A program made the position numbers and the translations under genes. 46,250 nucleotides of DNA from Candidatus Woesearchaeota archaeon. Its GTDB lineage: Archaea; Nanobdellota; Nanobdellia; SCGC-AAA011-G17; GW2011-AR17. Below, in pieces: positions 1 to 7,541 of the stretch. The stretch spans positions 1 through 46,250 of the forward strand of contig JACRKH010000025.1 in NCBI GenBank assembly GCA_016235495.1, read 5' to 3'. Below the pieces are notes generated by a model. That model saw nothing but the letters and a program-made list of their open reading frames with translations. It searched no databases and was not told where the DNA came from. The first letter of the stretch is position 1. Each line of letters opens with the position of its first letter.

Positions 1-474
1 ATTATTAAAAAACATGCGGAACCTGGAGACCTTGTCTTTCACACAGACCTCGCTGGCTCACCTTTTTTTGTTATTAAAGCACAAGGCAAAATAATCACAC
101 AAAAAACAAAAGAAGAAACGGCACAGGCAACAGCATCATTTTCTCGAGCATGGAATCAAGGCTTGACAACAGCAGAGGTGTACGCAATTGCACCAAATCA
201 AGTGCAAAAAGAATTTGGCCTTCCCAAAGGCTCATTTATGATTCATGGAAAGCGTGAATATTTCACTCCAATAGTGAGGCTCTACATTGGTTTAAATAAA
301 GAAAAATATCTCGAATGCACTCCACTAAAAATGGAATTTCTCTTAAAGCAATCTGGAAAGAAAACAGACACAGCAAAAATAATTCAAAAACAATACATGG
401 AAAAACTAAACCTGAAACTTCCTTTGGATGATATCATTCAGGCTCTGCCAGGTGACTGCTCCTTAGAGGCATGA
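1..474 (+). CDS. C-terminal part of an NFACT/Rqc2 (FbpA-like) protein, DUF814 region; the 5' end lies outside the window
   Basis: Frame 1 is open from base 1 and continuous with listed ORF 163..474. HAEPGDLVFHTDLAGSPFFVIK ... SFSRAW ... NQVQK ... KGSFMIHGKREY fits the DUF814/NFACT-R pattern (H.D..GS..vvik, S.AW, QVsK, GSF.i.G). Confidence 0.65.
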   Translation: MIKKHAEPGDLVFHTDLAGSPFFVIKAQGKIITQKTKEETAQATASFSRAWNQGLTTAEVYAIAPNQVQKEFGLPKGSFMIHGKREYFTPIVRLYIGLNKEKYLECTPLKMEFLLKQSGKKTDTAKIIQKQYMEKLNLKLPLDDIIQALPGDCSLEA

Positions 475-483
475 TCAGTAAAA

Positions 484-1044
484 TTATCTTTTTTTAAGCT
501 GAACCTTAAAATTATCAGTATTTTCAACAAGAGAATAGCGGGCATAATCCTGCAGTCCTTCACCATAATCTACTCTGCTCAGAACACCCAATCGAGAAAG
601 ATTATCAAAAGCTCGTCTCATTTCACGTAAAGCAAAGCCATCTAAATCATCATCCCCATTCCATCCTGCAGAGTCACTAATATTTTCAAGCTTCCTTTCC
701 TGAGGGCAGCAGGAAAATAATACTTGCAAACCGCTATAACAATGCTGAGGTACACGAAAGATAGTCCCTGGTTCAATAACTCTTTCCATAAAATGATATC
801 CACGAAAAAACCCAAAGAGTGTATCAAAAAATCCCCTTCTCTCGACCTCTTCACGAGTGAGAGAAATATCACTGCTTCCTACAAGAGTGTTTAATTTATA
901 TAAATGAATATGACCATCAAGAGCAGTACTCGAAGAAAGACTTGTTCGTGCATCACTTCGTAATAATTTCCCAAAATCGGTATTTCTAAGAAAATCTCTC
1001 AAGGAATAAAAATTGCCCTCGTAATCCATAAAAAAAGAAATCAA
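484..1044 (-). CDS. hypothetical protein (186 aa, no recognisable motif); start could instead be the Met at 1029
   Basis: Long ORF 17 nt downstream of the DUF4145 gene on the same strand. Its R/G/D/S-rich composition differs from the K/E/I-rich neighbours. Confidence 0.5.
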   Translation of the reverse strand: MISFFMDYEGNFYSLRDFLRNTDFGKLLRSDARTSLSSSTALDGHIHLYKLNTLVGSSDISLTREEVERRGFFDTLFGFFRGYHFMERVIEPGTIFRVPQHCYSGLQVLFSCCPQERKLENISDSAGWNGDDDLDGFALREMRRAFDNLSRLGVLSRVDYGEGLQDYARYSLVENTDNFKVQLKKR

Positions 1045-1061
1045 ACCCTTATACTTAAAGC

Positions 1062-1766
1062 TTACGCATGGAAAAGCTTTTCCAGAGTATCAAGGGTAAA
1101 CAAAATAATTGCATGAGTTTGAGCCTGTGAAGGACTGAAAGCTTCCTTTTTCTTATGCACAGAAAAGATACGAACATTATTGATCAGATGAATCTGCTGA
1201 GTTAATCCTGGGTCAACAGTAATCCCTTTTTCAACCAGCTTTGCAACTAGATTTCCCAACCCAATCCCTGGGCTCTTCTCTAAAATGTCTATTTTTGTAG
1301 TGTCATAATATTTCCTATGCAAACCAATTTCAAGTAATCTTCCACAGAGAATAACACAGCTGCGATAACATTTTGCATCATAACAGCGTTGGAGTTCTTG
1401 AAGATCAGCAAACATCTCTGCTTTGATATCAGCAGGAAGTTTTCCCAAAGAAAATGTAAATCCTGCAGGATCTTTTACTTCACCGAGAAGGGCATCCATA
1501 CGGGAAAGAATCATTAGCATCATTCGGATGTCTGTAGACTTCTTCAAACCATCAAGAAGAACAAACAATTCCAACCTCTGCTCTTTTTTTTCAAGTGATC
1601 CAACCACTTTCCATAACGAATCCTCAATGCCGCTAAGAGTATTGGAAATAAGAGCATCATAATTTTTCCCGGCCAATCCTCGTGTGTCTTTATCGGCATA
1701 ATAAGATTTTTTAATAAGAGTATCCTGCAATCTTTGAAGTTTTTGTTTAAGTACACGAACATCCAT
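1062..1766 (-). CDS. DUF4145-like domain protein with an N-terminal coiled-coil region
   Basis: The C-terminal half (LQELQRCYDAKCYRSCVILCGRLLEIGL...GLGNLVAKLVEKG...IHLINNVRIFSVHKKK...SQAQTHAIILFTLDTLEKLF) fits the DUF4145 helical pattern. I chose the ATG at 1766 (MDVRVLKQ) over the listed 1826 because a TATA-like box at 1788-1798 sits about 27 nt upstream. Confidence 0.55.
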   Translation of the reverse strand: MDVRVLKQKLQRLQDTLIKKSYYADKDTRGLAGKNYDALISNTLSGIEDSLWKVVGSLEKKEQRLELFVLLDGLKKSTDIRMMLMILSRMDALLGEVKDPAGFTFSLGKLPADIKAEMFADLQELQRCYDAKCYRSCVILCGRLLEIGLHRKYYDTTKIDILEKSPGIGLGNLVAKLVEKGITVDPGLTQQIHLINNVRIFSVHKKKEAFSPSQAQTHAIILFTLDTLEKLFHA

Positions 1767-1787
1767 AGGAAACCAGAACACAAAAAT

Positions 1788-1798
1788 ACTTTTAAACC
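1788..1798. promoter_or_regulatory. single TATA-like box midway between two divergent start codons (1766 minus, 1820 plus)
   Basis: ACTTTTAAACC is centred about 27 nt from each ATG. Confidence 0.45.
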
Positions 1799-1819
1799 TT
1801 GTGTAAATATAGGATAACA

Positions 1820-2179
1820 ATGACAAAATACCGCATTATCATGCACAAAGGCAGAATCATTGCAAATCTTGCAAAATACTGCGATACTGCATTCACTCGA
1901 GCAATGGGCCTTATGTTTACACTCCCTCTCAAGAAAGAACAAGCTTGCATTCTCGTCGCCAATAATGAAAGTATAATGGAAACCAGCATTCACATGTTTT
2001 TTGTTTTTTATCCCATTGATGTACTCTGGTTAAACGAAAAAAAAGAAGTCGTAGATAAAAGAATCTCTGTTTGGCCATTCACCCCTTTACTCATACCAAA
2101 GCTTGCCGCAAAATATGTCATCGAACTTCCAAGAAAAAGAGCAGAAAACCTCGTCATAGGAACAAAACTAGATTTCTAA
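1820..2179 (+). CDS. DUF192 (COG1430) family protein
   Basis: AFTRAMGLMF...SIHMFFVFYPIDVLWLNEKKEVVD fits the DUF192 pattern (r..GLm.r ... Mk.t..plDi.fld..g.iv). The ATG at 1820 is preferred over the listed TTG at 1799. Confidence 0.6.
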   Translation: MTKYRIIMHKGRIIANLAKYCDTAFTRAMGLMFTLPLKKEQACILVANNESIMETSIHMFFVFYPIDVLWLNEKKEVVDKRISVWPFTPLLIPKLAAKYVIELPRKRAENLVIGTKLDF

Positions 2180-2197
2180 AGCACTCTTAAACAGATA

Positions 2198-2210
2198 CAT
2201 ATATAAATTA
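2198..2210 (+). promoter_or_regulatory. TATA-like box for the RNase J gene
   Basis: CATATATAAATTA lies about 26 nt upstream of ATG 2230. Confidence 0.5.
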
Positions 2211-2229
2211 ATTCTATTTGAAATAAATC

Positions 2230-3567
2230 ATGGCAATTGAGTTTTGCGCAATAGGTGGCTATTCTGAAGTAGGAATGAACATGTGCGCATTTAAAATAGG
2301 AAACGATGTAATTATCTGTGATATGGGCTTCTTTCTCCCAGATGTTATAAAACTCCAAGATGAAGAAGTAGTGAAAACAAGTTTAACAAGAGAAGAACTC
2401 ATTCATCTTCATGTTATTCCAAATGATGAAATAATTAAAGAGTGGAGGCCATTAGTGAAAGCAATCATTCTCCCTCACTGTCACTTAGATCATATTGGTG
2501 CAGTGCCATACCTTGCAGAGTTTTATGACTGCCCAATCTATGGTTCACCATACACTATAGAGATTCTCAAAAGCAATCTTCGTGATGAAGGATTAAAAAT
2601 CCCAAATAAATTCAAAGTAATACATGCGAAAGAAAAAGTAAAGCTTTCTAAGGATATAAACTTTGAATTTTCTGCTATACCTCACTCCACCCCTGACACC
2701 ATGCTTGCAATCTTTCACACGCCTGAAGGAGTTATCATCTATGGAAATGATTTCAAACTAGACAATAATCCAACATTAGGTTCAAAACCAGACTATAAAT
2801 TAATGAAAGAAATAGGAGAAGAAGGAGTAAAGTTGCTCATCGTGGATGCACTCTATTCCTATGAAGAAATAAAAACACCTTCAGAACTTGTTGCAAAAGA
2901 AATGCTTAAAGATGTGATGTTAGGCATTGAAAACAAAACAAACTTAGTAATTGTCACAACATTTGCTTCGCATATTGCACGTCTAAAATCTATTATAGAG
3001 TTCGGTAAAAAAATGGATAGAAAAATTGTTTTCTTGGGAAGATCAATGAACAAATACATCGGCGCTGCAGAGAATATTAAAATGGTCAACTTTACAAAAG
3101 ATGTAGAGATGATGCGCTATGGGGAGCAAGTGCGAAAAAAACTGCGAGAAATCCAAAAGAATCCTGGAAAATATCTTGTCATCTGTACTGGTCACCAAGG
3201 TGAACCGCGTTCCATCCTTACAAGAATGGTAACAAAGGATCTCCCCTATGAATTCAGCCCTGGAGATCAGGTTATCTTCGCATGTAAGACTATTCCAGCC
3301 CCAATCAATATAGCAAATCGGGCAGCATTGGAAATAAAATTAAAACAAAAAGGAATTCGCTTTTTCAAAGATATTCACACCTCAGGTCATCTTGCAAGAG
3401 AAGATCATCATGATCTCATTAAAATTCTAAAACCAAAACATATCATTCCAGCGCAGGGAGACATTACGAAGCTTCTCCCACTTGCAGACCTCGCAGAAGA
3501 AATGGGTTATGTGCGAGAAAAAGATGTTCATGTCCTGCATAATGGAGAAATTGCAATTTTAGACTAA
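2230..3567 (+). CDS. rnj: archaeal RNase J (metallo-beta-lactamase / beta-CASP ribonuclease)
   Basis: 445 aa. HCHLDHIGAVPYL is the HxHxDH motif. The C-terminal HTSGHLAREDH is beta-CASP motif C-like. Size matches the short archaeal RNase J. Confidence 0.85.
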   Translation: MAIEFCAIGGYSEVGMNMCAFKIGNDVIICDMGFFLPDVIKLQDEEVVKTSLTREELIHLHVIPNDEIIKEWRPLVKAIILPHCHLDHIGAVPYLAEFYDCPIYGSPYTIEILKSNLRDEGLKIPNKFKVIHAKEKVKLSKDINFEFSAIPHSTPDTMLAIFHTPEGVIIYGNDFKLDNNPTLGSKPDYKLMKEIGEEGVKLLIVDALYSYEEIKTPSELVAKEMLKDVMLGIENKTNLVIVTTFASHIARLKSIIEFGKKMDRKIVFLGRSMNKYIGAAENIKMVNFTKDVEMMRYGEQVRKKLREIQKNPGKYLVICTGHQGEPRSILTRMVTKDLPYEFSPGDQVIFACKTIPAPINIANRAALEIKLKQKGIRFFKDIHTSGHLAREDHHDLIKILKPKHIIPAQGDITKLLPLADLAEEMGYVREKDVHVLHNGEIAILD

Positions 3568-3603
3568 GACTAAAAAGAGGGAAAATAAGCCCAAAAAACA
3601 AAA

Positions 3604-3614
3604 GATTTATAAAG
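3604..3614 (+). promoter_or_regulatory. TATA-like box about 125 nt upstream of the tRNA-Asp/tRNA-Lys pair
   Basis: GATTTATAAAG matches the window's recurring promoter consensus. A 31-codon ORF (3637-3732) lies between it and tRNA-Asp. Confidence 0.4.
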
Positions 3615-3739
3615 TCTAGATTTTTCTGTCAACCCCATGAACATATCCTTCTATCCTCTCAAACATAAAAATGCTATAATGATAATTGCAAAACTATCAA
3701 ACCTAGCAGAAAATATCGAGGGTAGAAGCTAAATACACT

Positions 3740-3814
3740 GCCCTGATAGTGTAGTCCGGCCTATCATGTGGCCCTGTCGAGGCCACGACCCGGGTTCGAA
3801 TCCCGGTCAGGGCG
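3740..3814 (+). tRNA. tRNA-Asp (GUC)
   Basis: Acceptor GCCCTGA/TCAGGGC plus discriminator G. Anticodon arm TGGCC-CTGTCGA-GGCCA. T arm CCGGG-TTCGAAT-CCCGG. D arm GTGTAGTCCGGCCTATCAT is typical of archaeal tRNA-Asp. Confidence 0.9.
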
Positions 3815-3848
3815 TAGGGACCGGTAGCTCAGCTTGGTAGAGCACCTG

Positions 3849-3915
3849 TCAGGGGAGAACAATAATGTATGGGGAGCCTGAAAGGACTCATTATGCATGA
3901 TCAACCCTTGGTGAA
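3849..3915 (+). other. predicted tRNA intron 1 (67 nt, non-canonical position 30/31) with a bulge-helix-bulge junction
   Basis: Central helix CACC(3843-3846)/GGTG(3910-3913). Bulges TG|T (3847-3849) and AA|A (3914-3916). Flanking helices AGAG(3839-3842)/CTTT(3917-3920) and AGGGG(3851-3855)/CCCTT(3905-3909). Confidence 0.6.
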
Positions 3916-3922
3916 ACTTTTA

Positions 3923-3934
3923 TCAAGCAAGGAA
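3923..3934 (+). other. predicted tRNA intron 2 (12 nt, canonical position 37/38), relaxed bulge-helix-bulge
   Basis: Central helix CTTT(3917-3920)/AAGG(3929-3932, includes one G-U pair). Bulges TA|T (3921-3923) and AA|A (3933-3935). The anticodon stem is the inner helix. There is no outer helix, only the loop CAAGC. Confidence 0.5.
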
Positions 3935-4015
3935 ATCAGGTGGTCGCGGGTTCAAATCCCGTCCGGTCCATCATAATAAAAAGGGGTATAAAGGAGACAA
4001 GTGCCAGAGACAAAA

Positions 4016-4258
4016 ATGGATGCAAGCTTCGATGTAACGAAACATACCCTTGTACCTAAACATAGCAAGCTTACAGTAGAGCAGGTAACGAAATTAATAG
4101 GGGAGTATAATATTTCTATAGAACAGCTTCCAAGAATTCTTAAATCTGATCCAGCAATAAAAACTTTAGACCCTGAAGTAGGTGATGTCATAGAAATTGA
4201 AAGAAAAAGTCCTACTATAGGAAAAGCAAAATATTATAGGATGGTTATGAATGGCTAA
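4016..4258 (+). CDS. rpoH: DNA-directed RNA polymerase subunit H (Rpo5)
   Basis: HTLVPKHSKL...EQLPRILKSDPAIK...GDVIEIERKSPTIG..YYRMV is the RpoH signature. The ATG at 4016 is 28 nt from TATA-like GGTATAAAGG (3985-3994). An alternative GTG at 4001 is preceded by AGGAG. Confidence 0.85.
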   Translation: MDASFDVTKHTLVPKHSKLTVEQVTKLIGEYNISIEQLPRILKSDPAIKTLDPEVGDVIEIERKSPTIGKAKYYRMVMNG

Positions 4259-5741
4259 GAACAATCATCTTCTCATACAAAAATACTTTGAAGAACATTC
4301 CTTCATAGATTCAAGTATAGCCTCTTTTAACAAATTTGTCGATGTTGAATTGCAAAAAACAGTTGATGAAATAGGAGATATAATCCCAACTATTCTTCCT
4401 CCAGATGTTCAAGAATTTACTATAAAATTTAATAAAATATGGATAGAAAAACCACAAATTACTGAGGCTGATGGTTCAAAAAGAAATATTTATCCCATTG
4501 AAGCAAGGATTAGAAAACTAACATATGCTGCTCCAATTTTCTTAGAAGTTTCTGCATTTATTGATGGAATTCAAAGAGAATCTTTCACTGCACAGATAGG
4601 AAAAATTCCTATAATGTTGCGTTCAAAATATTGTCACTTGCATAAGCTTTCTGAAGATGAACTTATAGAACATGGAGAAGATCCTACTGACCCTGGTGGT
4701 TACTTCATTATCAATGGAAATGAAAGAGTTATAATTACTGTTGAAGACCTCTTACCTAACAAAGTATTCTTTCAACGCAACAAAATTGGTTCCAGCAAAT
4801 ATACTGCAAAGATATTTTCTCAAAGAGGGCCGTACAGCATTCCCCATGTAATAGAACAAATGAAAGATGGAATCTTCTACTTATCCTTCACTAAATTCAA
4901 AAGAATCCCTCTCGTAACAGTCATCAAATCTCTAGGGATGACCACAGATAAGGACATTATGGAAGCTATCTGCGACGAGAAAGAGTATGATGATGTTTAC
5001 ATAAATTTATACAATTCTGCAGAAGTGAAGAATGTTGATGATGCAATAGAATTTATTGCAAAGAAAATTGGTTTGACACAGCCTAAAGAAGTAAAGTTTG
5101 AAAAAACCACAGAACAATTGGATCACTATCTTCTTCCGCATATAGGTATTTCTTCCAAAGATCGTTTGCATAAAGCGCATCACTTGTGTAAACTCACAAA
5201 AAAATTCCTTCAAGTTGCTATTGATCAAAAAGGAAACACCGATAAAGATCACTATCAAAATAAAAAATTAAAACTTCCAGGGGATATGATAGCAGATTTA
5301 TTCAGAGTAAATATGAGAGTTTTAGTAAATGATATCCTGTACAATTTCCAAAGACTAGTGAAAAGAGGAAAATTCCAATCTGTAAAAATTATCATTAGAG
5401 ATAAGCTTCTTACTTCCAGACTCAAAAGTGCAATTGCAACAGGAGCATGGGTTGGTGGAAGACGAGGAATTAGCCAGAATATTGCAAGAGTAAATTATTT
5501 GGATACCATGTCTCACTTAGGAAGAATAGTATCACTTCTCTCTGCAACGCAAGAAAATTTCGAAGCAAGAGAAATTCACTCCACACATTGGGGGAGATTA
5601 TGCCCAATAGAGACGCCAGAAGGAACCCCTATCGGACTAAGAAAGAACCAAGCCCTTTTGTGCCAAGTAACCCAAGAAGAAATATCCGAAGAGAAATTAA
5701 AAAGAAACCTTGAAAACTTAGGAGTAAAGCTCATAAAATGA
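4251..5741 (+). CDS. rpoB2: DNA-directed RNA polymerase subunit B'' (N-terminal half of split RpoB)
   Basis: 496 aa with conserved RpoB N-terminal blocks (GYFIINGNERVII, LSATQENFEAREIHSTHWGRLCPIETPEG). Overlaps rpoH by 8 nt and rpoB' by 4 nt. Confidence 0.95.
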   Translation: MAKNNHLLIQKYFEEHSFIDSSIASFNKFVDVELQKTVDEIGDIIPTILPPDVQEFTIKFNKIWIEKPQITEADGSKRNIYPIEARIRKLTYAAPIFLEVSAFIDGIQRESFTAQIGKIPIMLRSKYCHLHKLSEDELIEHGEDPTDPGGYFIINGNERVIITVEDLLPNKVFFQRNKIGSSKYTAKIFSQRGPYSIPHVIEQMKDGIFYLSFTKFKRIPLVTVIKSLGMTTDKDIMEAICDEKEYDDVYINLYNSAEVKNVDDAIEFIAKKIGLTQPKEVKFEKTTEQLDHYLLPHIGISSKDRLHKAHHLCKLTKKFLQVAIDQKGNTDKDHYQNKKLKLPGDMIADLFRVNMRVLVNDILYNFQRLVKRGKFQSVKIIIRDKLLTSRLKSAIATGAWVGGRRGISQNIARVNYLDTMSHLGRIVSLLSATQENFEAREIHSTHWGRLCPIETPEGTPIGLRKNQALLCQVTQEEISEEKLKRNLENLGVKLIK

Positions 5742-7540
5742 CTGACATATACTTAGATGAAAAATTCATAGGAACTGTAGAGAGCCCAAAAGAGTTTGTA
5801 CACTCTGTCATAGATGAAAGAAGAAAACAAAAACTCAGTACAATGTTGAACATTAGTTACGATCCTGAATTTGATGAAGTATCCATCCACACAGCAACAG
5901 GAAGAGTAAGAAGACCATTGATTGTTGTAGAAAATGGAAAACCTTTGCTTACAGAAGAGCACATCAAGAAGTTAGAATCTTCTGATATACACTGGCATGA
6001 TCTTATCGAACAAGGAATTGTAGAATACCTTGATGCAAATGAAGAAGAAAATGCCTATGTTGCACTAACAGAAAAAGAGTTGACAAAAGAGCATACACAT
6101 GTAGAAATAGACCCCATTGCTATCCTTGGTTTAATCACTTCTTTAGTTCCTTATGCAAACTTTGGACAAAGTTCTCGTCTAAACAGAGGATCCAAGACTC
6201 AGAAACAAGCCTTAGGGTTGTATGCGAGTAATTACCTATTAAGAATGGATACAGATATTAGTTTGTTACAATACCCACAAATTCCGATAGTAAAATCTTT
6301 TATGCACGATATCTCCAAATATGAAAAACACCCTTGTGGGCAAAACATTACCATTGCTCTTCTCAGCTTTGATGGATATAATATGGAAGATGCATTGGTG
6401 GTAAACCAAGGGTCAATTGAAAGAGGACTCGCAAGATCATTCTACTTCAGACCTTACAATGCAGATGAACTTCGTTATCAAGGAGGGCTTATAGATGAAA
6501 TAGGGGTCCCAGATAAAGAAGTCAAAGCATACAGATCTGAAGAAGATTACAAATTCCTCGAAGATGATGGGATTATTTTCCCTGAAGCAAAAGTAAGAGA
6601 AGATGATGTACTCATAGGAAAAACATCTCCTCCAAGATTCCTCGGAGAAATGGAAGAGTTTAGTATCGCTGCAAACACTAGAAGAGAAAGTTCCATCGCT
6701 GTAAAGCATGGAGAGCATGGTGTAGTGGACATGGTTGTTCTTACAGAGAATGATGAAGGAAACAAGCTCATTCAAATTCGCTTAAGAAATGAAAGAATCC
6801 CAGAGCCTGGAGATAAATTCGCTTCTAGATACGGACAGAAAGGAGTCATTGGAAGAATTGTTCCTCAGGCAGACATGCCCTTCACAGCATCAGGGATTAC
6901 ACCAGATATTATTTTCTCTCCGCACTCCATACCTTCTCGTATGACTATCTCTCACTTAATTGAAGTAATTGGTGGAAAAGTAGGAGCACTTTCTGGAAGA
7001 CAGATTGATGGAACAACATTTTCCGCAGAGTCAGAAAAAGATTTACGATCAGAATTACTCGCTTTAGGTTTCAGAGAAAATGGAACAGAAAGAATGTACA
7101 ATGGAATTACAGGGGAAGCATACAATGCAACAATCTTCGTAGGAAACATGTACTATCTCAAACTCAAACATATGGTTGCAAACAAAATGCATGCTCGTGC
7201 ATCAGGAAAAATCCAACTCTTAACAAGACAGCCTATCGAAGGAAGAAGTGCAGGAGGAGGTCTGAGATTAGGAGAGATGGAGAAAGATTGCCTTGTAGCA
7301 CATGGAGCATCTTTGCTCTTAAAGGAAAGATTCGACTCTGATAAAACAGTAATACATATCTGTGAAAGTTGTGGTATGGTCGCAATCTACGATTGGTTGA
7401 AGAAGAGATCTTCATGTCCAAAATGTGGAGCAAATGCAGAAGTAAACGCAGTGGAAATGAGTTATGCATTCAAGCTCTTGTTAGACGAATTAAAATCACT
7501 AAACATCTATCCAAAGATGAATCTCAAAAACAAATACTAA
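5738..7540 (+). CDS. rpoB1: DNA-directed RNA polymerase subunit B' (C-terminal half of split RpoB)
   Basis: 600 aa with GDKFASRYGQKGV, MYYLKLKHMVANKMHARA, GGLRLGEMEKDCL and a C-terminal Cys4 zinc ribbon (CESCG...CPKCG). Confidence 0.95.
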   Translation: MTDIYLDEKFIGTVESPKEFVHSVIDERRKQKLSTMLNISYDPEFDEVSIHTATGRVRRPLIVVENGKPLLTEEHIKKLESSDIHWHDLIEQGIVEYLDANEEENAYVALTEKELTKEHTHVEIDPIAILGLITSLVPYANFGQSSRLNRGSKTQKQALGLYASNYLLRMDTDISLLQYPQIPIVKSFMHDISKYEKHPCGQNITIALLSFDGYNMEDALVVNQGSIERGLARSFYFRPYNADELRYQGGLIDEIGVPDKEVKAYRSEEDYKFLEDDGIIFPEAKVREDDVLIGKTSPPRFLGEMEEFSIAANTRRESSIAVKHGEHGVVDMVVLTENDEGNKLIQIRLRNERIPEPGDKFASRYGQKGVIGRIVPQADMPFTASGITPDIIFSPHSIPSRMTISHLIEVIGGKVGALSGRQIDGTTFSAESEKDLRSELLALGFRENGTERMYNGITGEAYNATIFVGNMYYLKLKHMVANKMHARASGKIQLLTRQPIEGRSAGGGLRLGEMEKDCLVAHGASLLLKERFDSDKTVIHICESCGMVAIYDWLKKRSSCPKCGANAEVNAVEMSYAFKLLLDELKSLNIYPKMNLKNKY

Positions 7541-7541
7541 A

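Larger units (their letters stand above)
3818..3970 (+). tRNA. tRNA-Lys (UUU) interrupted by two introns; predicted mature length 74 nt
   Basis: Acceptor GGACCGG/CCGGTCC plus A73. D arm GCTC-AGCTTGGTA-GAGC. T arm GCGGG-TTCAAAT-CCCGT. Variable loop TGGTC. The anticodon arm CCTGA-CTTTTAA-TCAGG is obtained only by joining 3845-3848, 3916-3922 and 3935-3940. Confidence 0.75.

Noticed and set aside
3845-3940. An alternative reading of the long tRNA as tRNA-Pro(GGG) with a single canonical 37/38 intron (anticodon arm CCTGT-CAGGGGA...).
   Set aside because: It would give a U31-U39 mismatch and an A at position 33. No sequence near the intron 3' end can pair to form a bulge-helix-bulge. The D-arm and acceptor body also look like tRNA-Lys/Ile-type rather than tRNA-Pro. 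The two-intron Lys(UUU) solution gives a perfect arm and symmetric cut sites.
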